DNA of 64,000 nt from Octopus vulgaris. Taxonomy: Eukaryota. Shown piece by piece: positions 24,260-39,118 of this stretch. The notes below the pieces were generated by a model, which made no database searches, was not told the origin of the DNA, and saw only the letters and a list, made by a program, of their open reading frames with translations. Made by a program: the position numbers and the translations under genes. Numbering within the stretch: the stretch's first letter is position 1; every line of letters begins with the position of its first letter. The DNA lies in contig OX597814.1 in NCBI GenBank assembly GCA_951406725.2, positions 52,824,001 through 52,888,000 of the forward strand, written 5' to 3'.

Positions 24260-25140
24260 AGCAATGATGATGGTGATGATGACAACACTGATGATGATGA
24301 TGGGGGGTAGTAGTGGTGGCAGCAGCAATAATACTGTTGTTGTTGTTGGTGGTGATGATGATGACAACACTGCTGATGATCATGTCAATGATTTTGATGA
24401 TGACGATGATGATAGTTGTGGTGGTGAATATGAAGGTGATTGTAGATAAGATTATTATGTAGATAATATTGATATATCATCATCATCGTCGTCATCATCA
24501 TCATCATCGTCATCGTCATCATCGTTCTTGTTGATGTCATCATTGTCACTATCATCATGATTGTCATTGTAGTTGTTATCATTACTATCAGCACCATCAG
24601 CATCAGCATCATCATCATCATCAACATCTCCACATCCTCTTTCATGATGGTCACCAGCACTATAATTATTTCCATCTACATCATAATCAATTTCTCTTCT
24701 ACCACCATCTCCTCCCACATCACATGAACAGTAACACTACCATCACTTGTACTATATTCCAAGAGTAGCTATTGCTTTCCTTCTCATTTGTAACATCTCC
24801 ATTATCATCATTATCATCATCCTCACCACCACCACTACAACTGCTGCTGCTGCTGGTGCTGCTGCCACTGGCAGTGCAGCTGCCACCACCATTACCATCA
24901 TTACCATTGCCAGTATTACAAGAGCTGCTACTGTTGCCAGCAGCAGCAGCAGCAGCACCACCACCACCACTACCACCACCAGCACAATAAAAAAAATCAT
25001 CATCATCATTATCACCATTACCGTCACCATCACCATCATCACCACAACCACCACCACCACCATTATCAAAATCATCATCATTATCATCATCATCACCACT
25101 ACCATCAATCCCCCACCCCCATCATCATCATCAATGACAG
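24260..25140. repeat. Large compound trinucleotide block (GAT/GGT, then CAT/CAC/CAG)
   Basis: Directly visible; source of the poly-D/M/T/H/I ORFs. Confidence 0.92.
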
Positions 25141-25649
25141 CAATAGAAATGCTACAACAAATAAAATTTACAGTTCCAAATCTTGTGTATTTCTGTTCTT
25201 TTATTCAAACCTTACTTGTTATCTCAATCTGGTAAATTAGTTATTAGTTGAGATATTTAAAGTAAAACGTTAAATTAGGAATTTTGTCTGATGTTTTTTT
25301 GCAAAGCTTCTTCCAACTGAAACCATAGAAAAGCAAATAATCTACAAATCCATTTACCAAATGAATGTTCCCCAAAGCTTTTAAAAAATGAATGCTGCTT
25401 CTTGGAAAAAAAAAAAAAATTGAAGTCTGTTTAGGTGGGTGAGAAAATGTCTTCTTCATATCTGTAGTGACAGTATCTTCTTACCACAAAGTCTAGTCCT
25501 TATTACAGCTTGGTGACTTATATGTCTCAATGACCCTGAGAGCAGTGACCTTGACAGTTTCCCATGCTGGACAAGTCAAAAGATACAGGTCAGACTAATG
25601 TGGGCTAAAATGGGTTTGCATAGGGCTAACTTACTTGTTTATGACAGTC

Positions 25650-26100
25650 CATCAAAAGTGATACTGTATCATGGATCCAAACCATTCATACTCCACCACC
25701 TCTAGCACATTGTTTCTCTTGGGAGTAGATGTGGCTGACAAAACTGACACAAGAAAGGCAGATCCTGTGGCACTGAAGGCACTGAAAGTGACATCAAACA
25801 ACAGCTGCAGGGGTTTCATGATGACTCCTCGTCTCTTTGTGTAGTCTCCTATGTTTGGTTTCAAAGCACTCTACTCCAGCATCACACATGGACCTCCATG
25901 CCTTCAGCTTAATAACCAGGGGCTCCAACCAACTGGGAGAGACATGGCACAAAATGAGAGACCACTTGAGATGATCATGAAAATGAAGTTTTGGATGTCC
26001 ATGAGGCCTACTTTTAGTTTCAGTCTCGTTGAAGAGGAGCATCTTTGGGAGTTGGTTACCTGGCATACAAATCACGTCTGAATCACCTTCAGATAAGGTT
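25650..26100 (-). mobile_element. BovB-like RTE ORF2 C-terminal remnant
   Basis: LPKMLLFNETETKSRPHGHPKLHFHDHLKWSL...WRSMCDAGVECFE. Confidence 0.75.
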
Positions 26101-26499
26101 AATACCCCTACCAAGAAAATTGCAAAGTTTCAGAAGCATTAATATCAATTCATAACCAACAAGACTTGGGTTAGGAAGCATTTATGCTGGGCAGCAAAAT
26201 CTGAAAAAATTCACTGAGGCAGATTTTCAATGGCTGGATGTCCTTCCTGCAGCCAATCCCTGTGAAAGGCATCTAGCCATAGAAAATGATAACATAAAGA
26301 ACCAGAAAATATATAACAAGACATCTTATTTGGCACTCTAACAGTTCATCCAATCCAATACTCTGGACTTGTCCTTTATTTATGAACCCCTAAAAGATGA
26401 ATGGCAAAGGAAGTCAACCTTGGTGAGATTTGAACTGAAAATGTAGAGAAATTAAGCAAATACTGAATGCATTCCATCCAACTAAAATCTATACACTGC

Positions 26500-26825
26500 T
26501 GGTGCCATGTGCAAAGCAGTCATGCCAATACCATATAGAAAGTACTCATGCCAGTGTCATGTAAGAAGCCCCTATGCCAATGCTATGTATGAAGCACTAA
26601 TGCTGATGCCATGTAGTAGTACCGGTGCTGGTACTATATTAAAAGCACAAAGTACACTCTGTAATGTGGTTGCCATTAGGAAGGGCATCCAGCCATAGAA
26701 ACCAAGTCAAATCAGACAATTGGAGCCTGGTACAGCTTTCAGCTGGTCAGCTCCTGTCAAACCATTCAACCTATGCTAGCCGAGAAAACAGACATTAAAT
26801 GATGATGATGATGATGATGATGATG
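26500..26825 (+). mobile_element. RTE 3'-tail copy
   Basis: TTAGGAAGGGCATCCAGCC...(GAT)n. Confidence 0.8.
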
Positions 26826-27659
26826 CTATGTACCCAGGCAACATCTTACAGGCTGTCTACCTCTGTTTTGATACTATATATCCAATCTATTATGCTTGAT
26901 TGTTACAGTGAGATGTACAATAATAACAATTTCAAATTTTGGCACAATGCTAGCAATTTCCAGGCGAGTTGGATAAGTCAACTACATTGATACCACCCCA
27001 CCCCCCTTCCCCATGTGCAACTGGTACTTATTTTATTGAACCCGAAAGGATGAAAGGCAAAGTCAACCTCAGCAGCATTTGAACTCAGACTATAAAATTG
27101 GGAGAAATGTCACTAAGTAGATTTTGCAGATGTGGTAACGATTCTACTATTTCACCAACTTACCAATCAGTAAATAATGATACACACAATAGTTAGTACA
27201 ATTGTTATGGTCTGCATTGGAATAAGTTAAAACAACATAAAAGAAAGCAAGAGGGTAAAAAAGTGTATGATGGTGGTATGTGAAATGAGATGAGACTAAT
27301 TGATCTGGCAATCAATCAATCAAGCCTATGTTAACACCCTAGTTTCTATCTACACAACCTATATCAACTTACTATATTTATGATATCAATAACTGTGCAC
27401 TGTTCATTAAGTGTTCATTAAGATAGAATTAAAAAGCTATAAAAACCTAGCTTGACATACATACATATATATATTACGTACACTTTTGCTCACCTTATAG
27501 TAATATATATATATATATAAATGATAATAAACGATATATATATATATATTTATATATACATATATATACATATATATATATACACATATATATACATTAT
27601 ATATATATACACACATATATAGACATACACATATATATATATATACATACACATATATA

Positions 27660-27695
<36 letters not shown>

Positions 27696-27939
27696 TATAT
27701 ATTAAGAACAATCTTACTGCCTTGACCTTCGAAACGTGGAGTAGATGAAACAAAGGCCACTGAAGAAGGGGAATTTTCCTTGTTTTGTATGTCCTGTACT
27801 CTATTTTTTCGTTGTTTAAGAAAAATGTCCATCTCCTTGGTTTTGTGTTTATGTTTTCGTTTCTCATTGTGTTCGACGTTTTTTTGGTGTACATATATGT
27901 ATGTATATATGCATATGTTTTATTTATTTATTAATTTAT

Positions 27940-27973
<34 letters not shown>

Positions 27974-27974
27974 C

Positions 27975-28140
27975 TCTTTTACTCTTTTACCTGTTTCAGT
28001 CATTTGACTGAAACCATGCTGGAGCACCGCCTTTAGTCAAGCAAATCGACCCCAGGACTTATTCTTTGTAAGCCGAGTACTTATTCTATCGGTCTCTTTT
28101 GCCGAACTGCTAAGTTACGGGGAGGTAAACACACCACCAT
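27975..28140 (-). mobile_element. SINE family A tail
   Basis: Reverse complement of 9400-9548. Confidence 0.85.
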
Positions 28141-29556
28141 CGATGTTTTGAGTTTGGTGACTCTTGTCGATCAGATGTACCTGAGAGGGGCAACCCTGAA
28201 TGAACTGACAAAGCAAATAGCTTTATATATAATCCAGCCAACACATTGACTGATTTGCACTAGTAGATCGCCTGATCAAAAAAAATATCGGAGTAAATGC
28301 GCAAGCCCATTTTACTTCTGGGATCAAAATGGAAACTACATAGGGAATGAAGCAAACTCTTAATCACACTATTGTACCTGCACCCATGCTTTCTCTGAAA
28401 TTTTGGACAGCAGCCAAACTATTTAACCACCAATATATCATTTTGATTTATCTTTTCACTCATAGAGGGTCTATCAGTATGCCAGTCAGATCCAAGAAGA
28501 AATTTCCTGTTCTAATTATTGATTTTATAACTTCTAGCCTCAGATTTTATTACAAGCCTGCAGAAATCAAAAATTAATAAAGTTATTTTTACCTAAATCA
28601 AAAGTTACTTATTTTAGACCATTAAGTAAAACCATTTCATATCCTGTTTAAATGATCTCTCATGCAGTTGAGAGTCTCATGTTTGATCTAAATAATTGAG
28701 TATGCTATATGGAACTAGGTAAAAGTCAAACCTGGCAGATCAAATGCATTGAGTATGTAGATTGCTTCCAAACATTTGTCTGAATGTGACTCTCTGTGAT
28801 GATGGGTTTGCTTAAAAAAAAAACAATGACCATAACAATCACAATAATATGAACACGTACAGTAACAACAATCATTCTAGCAATGATAATCCTTTCTACT
28901 ATAGACACAAAGCCTGAAATTTTAGATGAGAGGACTAGATGATTACATTGGCTTCAGTATTTGACTGATACTTATTTTATTGACCCTGAAAGGATGAAAG
29001 CAAAGTCAACCTTGGTGGAGTTTGAACTCTGTCCAACATGCTAACGATTCTGATAACTTTAGCAATAATAATGCTTTCAAATTTTGACACAAGGCCAGCA
29101 AGTTTGGGGGTGGGTAAATCAATAACATCGACCCCAGTGCTAAGCTGGTACTTATTTTATCAACCCTGAAAGGACAAAAGGCAAAGTTGATCTCAGTAAT
29201 ATTTGAACTGAGAACATAAAGATGGGCTAAATGCTGCTAAGCACTTTGTCCGGCAAGCTAATGATTCTGCCAGCTCACCACCTTTAACAATAGTAATAGC
29301 AACAACAATAGTAATAATGATAAATAACAACAATGGTTATATCACAAATAATAAATAGAACCAGTCCTCTACATAGTTGCTTAACTTTCTAGAAATAGTA
29401 ACTAAATCTCTCTCAAATTACAGTAATATGGAGTTGATTAGGTCTGTAAATCCAACTGAGGAAAGCAAGGATATGAGACCTCCTCAACAAAGCGTTTTCA
29501 GCTCTATTGACTGCACTAATAGTGATCCATCCATCCATATATACATAAATACATAG

Positions 29557-29587
<31 letters not shown>

Positions 29588-29666
29588 CATACATACATAC
29601 ACACACACATACATATTATCTATATATATATATAAATATCTCTCTCTCCATATATATATATATATA

Positions 29667-29871
29667 TAATATGTGACAATTATTCGGTTGCCATAATAAA
29701 ACTCTGAGTTTTGGATGTTGCGGCGGGAATCTGCTCCGGCATCTTGTCGGTTATCAAGGCAATCAAAAAATGGCAACCGAATAATTGTCACATATTATAT
29801 TACAGATAAATTCCTCTCTTTACATAACATCAAGGTCTCATTCATTCTTTTGTTGTCATACTGTTACTATT
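29667..29871 (+). mobile_element. Short PLE end with inverted repeat (same family as 21934)
   Basis: TAATATGTGACAATTATTCGGTTGCCAT / ATGGCAACCGAATAATTGTCACATATTA inverted pair inside (TA)n. Confidence 0.65.
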
Positions 29872-30854
29872 AATATATATATATATATGTATACATACAG
29901 AGAGAGATAGAGAGAGAGAGTGAGGGAGAGGGAGAGAGAGATACAGTGACCCATTCTAAAATTAAAAACAAGATACATTAGATGATATGGTTCCAGGTAC
30001 ATTTTGCCCTATCCTGGAAATGGAATAGAATGAATATAGCTGGGGTGCCTTTAATCAAAGCTCAACTTGATGAAGGCTGATTTGAAGCTAAACAAGAGCA
30101 GCATTATTTCTGACAGTAATAATTGCAACATCAAGAACAAATCAAAGAACAGAACAACCAGATCAGAAACATCCAGAAATAATACCAAGAACAGAAGCAG
30201 AAAAAAAAAAAAGAAGAAAAATGATGCATGTCAGAACAAATACTTGAAAAACTCTTTGTTCTTCCACTTCAAAATTGAAGAGAGTAAATTGTAAACATCA
30301 CAATAGAGTTAGATTGAATAATAAATTATAACTGGAAAAAACTGTATTGAAGGAAGGTGTTTGATCTTCTCTCATGTAATTGGGATGTTGTAAAACATTT
30401 TTCTTTAACAAATTTTGAAGAAATAAATCTAAAGAATCATAAAAGTGTTTGTCATCAAAATTGATCAATAAAATGATTTGTCTTTAGGGTGGGGAAATGG
30501 CTGATAGGAAGAATGAGAGACTAAATACTTTATAACAAAGTATTTTTCTTTACATTCTGTATTTAATTCATGTCATATTTGATGTTACTTTTATCCTTCC
30601 TGGGTCAATGATATAAGTACTTGCTCTAAACTGTTTATAGTTAAAACTGTGCAAAAATATCTTGCATCAAGCTAAAGAAATCAATATTTTATTCAAGTGT
30701 AATAAAACAGAAACAATTGCTCGAATTTTCTGAATCAAGGACATTTATTAATAGGTCTATTGAACTACTGGTAAATGTAGCTTTTTGATTTTGAGGAAGT
30801 GAGAAACAAAATTTGTAACATTCATACCTTTCCAACACATGCTCAGTCACATAC

Positions 30855-31790
30855 ATACAGCTGCTTCACATCCAGTTTTCCATGCATGCATGGATAGTAT
30901 ACTTGAAGGAATAATAATTTTTATGGTTGTTTTCTTATTACTCAGATATACTTCTTTACACAAATACCACCCTTCATGCACATCTCGTATCTGTGATGTC
31001 TCTTCTCTAATAAACTATATCTGATTTCTTTTATTCTTAGTTTTTCTCTCAGAGCTTTTATGCCCCATTGCTTATGCACACTAACATTATACAACCAGTA
31101 AAGTATGTTCACTTCATTTCTTTCTAGCCTTCACACATCTGTTTTTAGTGTCTGTGTTTTGCTGCAATGAAGTGTAGCACTTTGTACTCAAGCACCATTC
31201 ACCTATGAGAGATTCCCTTGGTTACCAGCAAAATTAATAGTCCCTGAAATTTTTTATTCTAATTGTACTCTAGCTTCAATAATTTTGGGATATCCACGCC
31301 CACTGCTGATTAGGGCACCAGGTACAAGAAACTTCTTAGAGGGAGACTTGAGTATTTGAAAGAATTGATTTCATAGGAGACCTTACTGCTAACTTCTGTG
31401 CAATTGCTCCATACTAATCCCATCTCTGTAAACCTTCCTATGATCCCACTGCACTCTTGTGTACCCATTGTTTATATTGCATACACAGTATAGAACTCCT
31501 GCTGACAGATTTCCTGTATACAAAGCATGACTGCTTCCTTGACCACAGTAAAATTCTGTATCTTATTTTTCTGCTAATTAAAACCTTTGATTTAGTAATT
31601 TTACTTTAAAACCTCTTGATTTTAGTCTTTGTTCTCATGTTTAGAATATTTTCTTTTGTTTTTATTTAAAAATTTTTTTTGACTGATTTAGATGTGAGAA
31701 CAAGATATCAGTACAAAGAAACTGAATCTACTTGAGTGTAGCCCCACTCTTTCTCATGCATTTACCTCATTCAACAATGTTCAAATTCTA
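30855..31790 (-). mobile_element. Old degenerate copy of the 6207-type RTE
   Basis: GCACACTAACATTATAC...TTCATTTCTTTCTAGC and CCACGCCCACTGCTGAT align by eye with 7090-7350. Confidence 0.6.
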
Positions 31791-32599
31791 GAGCAGCAGG
31801 AAAACCCATAAGAGAACTAAAATTGATTGAAGCAACACAGACTACAAGTAGAAAACAAAAAAAACAAAACAAAAGAAAAACAGGAAAATCTCAATTAAAT
31901 GAGCAGGCATACATACTTCATCAAATAATAAAATAATTAACTAATAGAAACATTAATTTACATGACAGAAACAAAAGTTATTAACAACAGCAACATTTTT
32001 GCTAGTATTGCTGGTGAAAGAGAAGTATTAGACATTGTTTAGCCATTGGACAAAAAAAGGAGCAGTTTTGTGTTATTAAAGAGAGTGCCTCCTTGCTTGA
32101 GAGATGCATCCAAGAATAGGCAAAGAAAAAAGCTGAATTCCCTTTACTTCAGGAATGATGAAACAGTTTTACAAATGTCCTCAAAAGCAAACAGTTGAAA
32201 GGAGCCCTAAATGACATATAGAATAATACTACTTCTATATGAGATGAGACAGGGCATATGGGAGTATGTGTCTGGTAGCCAGTGGCAGATCTATAATATT
32301 GGGACCCTAAAACTTAAAATGTTATGGGGGCCCCTTTACAATTAGCATCCTTATAAGCAAGATCCTCAATGTGCTTGGAGAAACTCTAGGTATTCATGAA
32401 AATCAACTGGTTGCTCTGTTCAGGGACTATATATAACTTCCACAAATCCTTGGCCTGGTAGTACTGTCAGGAGACATTTCCAGTTTGAAATAAACTCTAT
32501 TTGCATGGAAGTGTTGTTTTCTGGGACTATCTAAGATATTCTAAGAGTGATGAAACCATTATACATGCATTCTTTCAATATCCAAAGAGTGTTTACTTA

Positions 32600-32920
32600 T
32601 CCCAAGATGCTGAACCTTTTGAGGGAGATGACCGAGGACCAAGATATGGAGTGCATTGTTGTACTCAAGAAGATCTGCTCACGAGAGAACTGAGATCCTA
32701 AAACCAAGGTGCCATGTAAAAAGCACTGGTGATGGTGCCACATAAAAAGCACACAGTATACTCTATACAGTAGCTGGCATTAGGAAGGGCATTCAGTAGT
32801 AGAAACCAAGCCAAAACAGATTATGGAATCTGGTGTGGCACCTTACTTGCCAGGTCCTGTCAAGCTGTCCAACTCATGCCAACATGGAAAGCAGATGTTA
32901 AATGCTGCTGCTGCTGATGC
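32600..32920 (+). mobile_element. RTE ORF end plus 3' tail
   Basis: EMTEDQD resembles AMTKDRDLW, followed by the TTAGGAAGGGCAT tail. Confidence 0.65.
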
Positions 32921-33457
32921 TAACTTGTTTTTTGTTGAAGAGCTGTTACTGCATGTAGTATGGATCCAGATTTCTACCAAGTCTACTTCAAAGATCGCCT
33001 CTCTGCAATCTTTAAAATGGACTAAGAAGGGCAGAAGATTTTCCTCTCTTTGGTGAATACAGCAAAAGATGTGTGAGATGCATGTAACTGAAAGGACTGA
33101 GGACACAGATTCCCCATTCACTACCAGTCAAGCTCTCATTAACATTTATTGAAAGGTGGGTGAAAGTAGAGAGCATGGTTTACTCTCAGCATGTGTCTGT
33201 AGGCTGGGAATGACAGCTAGGAGTGGGCACTTACTCTTGATAGTTAGGGATAATGCAGAATATGTGGGGTTCTTTGATTAATTCTGAACAGTGATTCTCC
33301 TGTTGGACAATCACCTATACACACAGGATTGTGTTTACTGAGTATATTTTCACTTTCTTTTTCACATTCAGTGGATTTCAATGTAAACACACCCACACCC
33401 ACTTTTTGCAACCTGTCCATGTAATGTTCCCATCTTCTGCAAATAAAAGAAATCATT

Positions 33458-33543
<86 letters not shown>
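33458..33543. repeat. (CAA)n microsatellite
   Basis: Directly visible. Confidence 0.97.
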
Positions 33544-35462
33544 AAATAATTGTTGTTGTTGTTGCTCCAGTTGTTTTATCATTATTATATTTACTTTCAT
33601 TGTTTAATCAAATGCAGTTCTATTACTCTCAATTCACACAGAATTTAGTTTTGTTTTTTTTTTTTCTATTGTGTTCATATTACTCTCTGTAATATATTTT
33701 TGCTGTGTAATATATAATAATGCTGTTTCCTTTATTTTGTGTGTGTGGAGAGGTCCTGGAGTTTTGTTTATGTATTTGTTTGAATCTATTATTATCATTG
33801 CTAAGACACCTATTATTGTAAGAATTATTCATATTTGCAATTATTACATTCTGTATATCTTGATTCCCAGGTCTTTATAAGTGGATGTTTTTTTTTTCTT
33901 TCTTTCTTTCAGAGATATATTGCCATCCATCTATTGACTAGAATATATTATTTTCATGCATTTGATAATAATATCATAGAAGCTTTCCTTAATATCTCTG
34001 TTTGTGTTATCGTTTTGGTCTAACCCAGGTAACCTTGGATGAGAGAGCTATGATCTAAAGTATTGCATACATGATCACATGTTTTTTCAGTCAGTGAACT
34101 ACCATATCTATTGTGTTTTTCCTCTAAGACAACAGAGTATGATTTGATGGGAATATGGTTGCTATGCCTAGCAAGTTAAGCTACCATGCAGAGGCTCCCT
34201 AGTGAGCTTGTCCCTGTCTCTGCTTCCTTTGTCATTGTCTGAAACCTTTTATGGTGTGTTTTTTGATTTCTTTTCTATTTATACTCAATAATTCTGGCAT
34301 ACTCTCCAACTTCGTTGTATCTATTTATATAATAATTCATTTTGGACATGCTTGGACAACTAGAAACAATATAACTGATTGGCTTGGAAGCATCTGCTAT
34401 GCTTTCACTAATCATTATAGACCTCCTATCCTCAACCCAATGGAACATTGAGGCCATGACAGCAGGTGTTAAAGAGGCCTTCACCAGCACTTGGCTGATA
34501 CTCATTTTCAGTTATATAGACTGGAACAAATTAAGTGCCTTGCTTAAAGATACAAAGCACCACCTGGTCCAGGAATCAAACCTATGACCTTCTGATTGTA
34601 AGCCAACACCCTAACCACTGGGTATGCATCTGGCTGGTTGGCTGGCTGGCTAGTTAGATGGATGAATAGATACATGAATTCCAGATCACTTCAACTCCAA
34701 ATGTGCTGATATCCTAGGTTATCCTTCCTCCCAACTGCCTTGTATAATGGATTTTGCTATAATATCATGCCTCATGGCAAGGCAATACTATGGAAATATT
34801 TTTGGAGAGCTACTAATAATGTGGGTTACATCTTCAACATTAATTTAACATAACTGATAACAGATGTATTTCTGTTGTACTGTTGTATATGAGAAACTTC
34901 AAAGATATTTATCATTTTGGGTCCTTATTTTCAATTTAGGCATACCTGGTCAATATCTACATTGATGTGGTTCTGCTTTGATATTTTAAATTTATGGCTT
35001 AGATCTTAACTAACAGCCACTTAAGTTCCCCAAATTAATAATGATACAGCAAACACTTTGTAAGGTTATTGATTTGTTATATGCAGAAGAGCTTCTCCTT
35101 TTGGTTGTGTAGCATTGCTTTGTTACACATTCTTCATTACAAGTGCCATAACAAGATATCTTTTCATCAATCACAATGTAAACATAGCATTCATCACTAG
35201 ACATTAAAAGAGATAATTAATCAGTTGATAGATAAGCAATCATACTAATTTGATGCAATACTTTGTTTCACAATCATTTATATAGCCACTCTTATCGTAT
35301 ACAAGTTCCATTCCAATGTATTGTAACAATGTGGAAAGAAAACCGAGGTGCTTCTACATACTGGATATGTTACATACATGCAGGTGAGGACATGAACAAA
35401 GGAGCTTTATGTTGAAATTACATTTCTATTTTCTCCTCACCTGATCATATAGTAGACACAAG

Positions 35463-36030
35463 CAGACATGGTTGTGTGGTTAGGAAGATTGCTTTGAAAT
35501 CATGTGTTTTCAGGTTTGGTCCCACTCTATGGTATCTTGGGCAACTATTCTTTATTATCCCCTACATGGCCTTGCTTTTTGCTTTTTGAGCCCAAAAATT
35601 AACTTAACTTAACTTATAGCCTGGTAAGTGAATTTGGTTGATGATGACTGTATGTGTACGTGTTTATATGTGTGTGTGTGTGTGTGTGTGTGCGTGCGTG
35701 CATGCGCGTGCGTGTGTGTGCGTGTGCATGCATGTGTGTGTGTATGTGTGTGTATGTGCATGCTTGTGTGTGAGTCTATATATGTGTGTGTGTGCATGTA
35801 CATGCATATGTGTGTGTGTGTGAATGTGTGTTGTTGTGCTTGTGTTTGCCTCCCTCTTATTGCTTGACAACTGGTATTGGCTTGTTTACATCCCAGTATG
35901 TAGCGGTTTGGCAAAAGAGACTGATAGAATAAGTACCAGACTTAACAATAAATACTTATTCGACTAAACCTTTCAAAGTGTTGTCCCAGCATAGTCAGTG
36001 TCCAAGTAAAAGCCAAAAGAGTAAAGATAA
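35463..36030 (+). mobile_element. SINE family A, degenerate
   Basis: Head, (TG)n body and tail. Confidence 0.75.
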
Positions 36031-37429
36031 AAGATATACTCTTTGAGCTGATTAGGGATCCTTTACATGACTGCTGACCAGCTGGAAACAGTAGCCAAAT
36101 CTTCCTCAAATCACACTCCACCATCTTAGGAAAAAAACATTTGGGATTATGTGAGCCAGGTTCTTTGCCAATAGGAAAAAGATGGGATAATCATGACTGG
36201 AATATCTTTGATGAACACTGATCTGGGAATAAATATCAATATGACCTTCGAGCCAGTGAGGTAGCCTCTGGTCATTTAATTTGCCAGAAACAACAGCCAA
36301 ATCTCCCTTGAATTACATCCTACTATTATAAGAAAAGTAAAGGAAGAAAATATTGGATAAAGTGGTCTAAAAAAGAAAAAAATGCTGGGATGGTATTAAC
36401 CTGAATGTCTTTTCAGTCTGTTCAGTTAGGGCAACAACAACAAATACAATTCACAACAAAACTGTGTAACTAAAATATCCTTCTGAGATACTCTATCTAA
36501 TCATTGATAATATTATTTGTTAAGCCTAGCCTCAAGATTGTGGATCCAGATGAGGGCAAATTCTTTATAGTGTTATTTAGTGTTCCTGGTAAGATGGGAA
36601 GCTGGTAGAACCATTAACATATGAGAAAAATTGTTTAGTGGCATTTCTTTCAGCTGTTCACATTCTGAGATAAAATTCTGCCATGGTGAACTTTACTTTT
36701 CATCCTTTCAGGGTTGATGAAATAAGTTCCTGTTGAACACTTGAGTCAATGTAATTTACTAACTCCACTTTCCCTAAAATTACTAGTATTGTTCCAAAAG
36801 TAGAAAGAATTACATAATGCTTTAAGTGTCAAAATGAGCCTGTAAATACCCAAGATATTTACACTAGATAAACAGTTCAACCGTCAGTAAGGAGTGCAAG
36901 TGGATTGTTTAGTAGCATGACAAGGAAATGGCCTACTGGAATGATTTGGCTATTCCTAGCAGCCTGGTGGTTTAGATGTGTTGTTTTTATTTATTGGTCT
37001 TGATGCTGTGATCACATTGCCATTGTTGTTGTTGTTGGGTATCATAAACATTGCAGTGATGTTTCTGGTTGACTTATGCACGCACTCTGCTTGCTAGTGG
37101 AAAGAGAACTCTATTTTATAGCGATTTCTTTCAAAGAGAATAAGGTGCCAAAAGATGGAACTTTAATTAAGATTCTGTTTTACCAGATGACGAAGTGGTT
37201 AGTTCTTGTTGATGCATCAATAATTAAGTGTTTACAAGGTAGCTAGCTGGCAGAAACATTTGCACGCCGGACAAAATGCTTAGCAGTATTCCATCTGTCT
37301 TTACATTCTGCCCAGGTCAGCTTTGCCTTTCATCCTTTCAAGGTAGATAAATTAAGTACCAGTTGCATACTGGGGTTGATATAATCGACTGGTTTCCTCC
37401 CCCAAAATTTCGGGCCTTGTGCCTTGAGT

Positions 37430-38354
37430 AGAAAAGCATTGTCCTGATGAAACATGACTCCTTTTGTCAATTTTCCTTGGTGTTTGGTCTTGATAGCCAT
37501 TCGTAGGTGCCTCAGCAAGTTGGGATAGTACACTTCATTGGTGTGGCCCTTTTGAAAATAGTCAATAAACACAATGCCTTTTGCATCTTAAAAAACTGAG
37601 GCCATCACTTTCACTGCAGATGAAATAACATTGACCTTCTTTGGAGCAGGTGAGGAGGGGTGTTCCCACTGCATGGATTGTCTCTGTCTCTGTCTCTGGC
37701 TCAAAGTGATGAAACCACCACTTGTCCTGGGTTGGGAAACATTCAAGGAAGCCAGCTTGATCTGCTTCAAACAATATCAGATTTTCCAGTGATGTGATCA
37801 GCCTGGTGTGCTTTGATCATGTTTTAGAGGATTTGGCACCCACTGAGCCAAGTTCATTGTGCAGAATATCTTCAACTCTCTCATGAGATATGCTAATAGC
37901 ATTGGTTATTTGATTTATAGTTAATTGCCTGTTATCCACCACCCTGTAGTGAACACAATCAGTGTTTCCCTTAGTGGTGGCAGTTGCAGGAAATCCAGAC
38001 TTTGGGTCATCTTCAAGACTTTCTCTTCCCCTCTTAAATTTAGCTGCCTACTTCTGTACCGTTGTTACTTTATGGGATGATGTTCCAGTGTTATCCCCTA
38101 ATGTCAGCATGAATGTTTTTGGAAGATAAGCCCTTTTTCTGCAGGTACTCGATAATACCACAATGCCAAATTTTATCCATTTTCAAGAGAAGGCGCTGTA
38201 ATTTTTGCAGTAGTCTTTGAGCAGTCACATGTCAGTTTACCTGGGAAGAAACAATGCAGTTATTAATAAGCATTGAAATTAAGGGATGCAAGGTTTCACA
38301 GCTCTAGTATCACTCCTTCATAGTTAGCCTATGAACTTTCAAGTCCACCCTCTT
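37430..38354 (-). mobile_element. Mariner element remnant (5' TIR to second catalytic D)
   Basis: QSMQWEHPSSPAPKK...KVMASVF and FIDYFQKGHT...YYPNLL...LTKGVMFHQDNA; TIR-like GAGGGTGGACTTGAAAGTTCATAGGCT at ~38326-38352. Confidence 0.85.
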
Positions 38355-38853
38355 AGTCCCAGATCACTTCTCATTAAGTAGACTTATTATTAAAAAAATT
38401 TATGACAGAGTCTATTCCTACTTTCTTCAAAAGAACAGTGTATTACTAATGATAAGCTTCCTTATTTTAAGACTATAATATAGAGTAATTTATTAGATAT
38501 TTTGGTACTATTTCCAGCAGGTCCAACTTCTGCATAGAGACCACCCACACACATTGGCTAGCATTGCTGATATTCTTGGCAAAAGAAATTACTGCCAAAC
38601 TACCAATTCCTGCTACCACCTATAAATATGAGACTTTATATCTATACAAGAAATAATAAAGTATGTAAATATATATAGAAGTGAGTATTAGAGCATATAT
38701 GAGACAGCAATTACATAAAATCTGTACAATTACATAGCACACCACATTATAATTTGCATTTTTCTTGTTGTTACATTCCTTTGCATCTCTCCAATATCTT
38801 AAGCCCTTACAGCCTATAAAAGAAATCGTTACAGAAAGAAAATGTTGTTGTTG

Positions 38854-38890
<37 letters not shown>

Positions 38891-39011
38891 CATCATACTT
38901 CAACAATGTAATATTTACAGTTAGATTCTCACGTGTATATGATACACACACACACACACACACACCACACACATTTATGTGAATATATCTAATATAATGA
39001 TATATATGATC

Positions 39012-39062
39012 TACCTACCTACCTACCTACCTACCTACCTACCTACCAACTTACCTACCTAC

Positions 39063-39118
<56 letters not shown>
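39012..39118. repeat. (TACC)n(TATC)n tetranucleotide microsatellite
   Basis: Directly visible. Confidence 0.95.

Noticed and set aside
24116-25235. Long low-complexity ORFs on both strands
   Set aside because: Trinucleotide repeats open in most frames; no splice or domain evidence.
27710-27900. CGAAAC and CTGAAGA motifs in a unique island within (TA)n
   Set aside because: May be a truncated PLE end, but I could not build a complete hammerhead fold.
33244-33600. ORF resembling a signal peptide plus Cys-containing domain
   Set aside because: Poly-Leu comes from (TTG)n; the downstream frame and donor are ambiguous.
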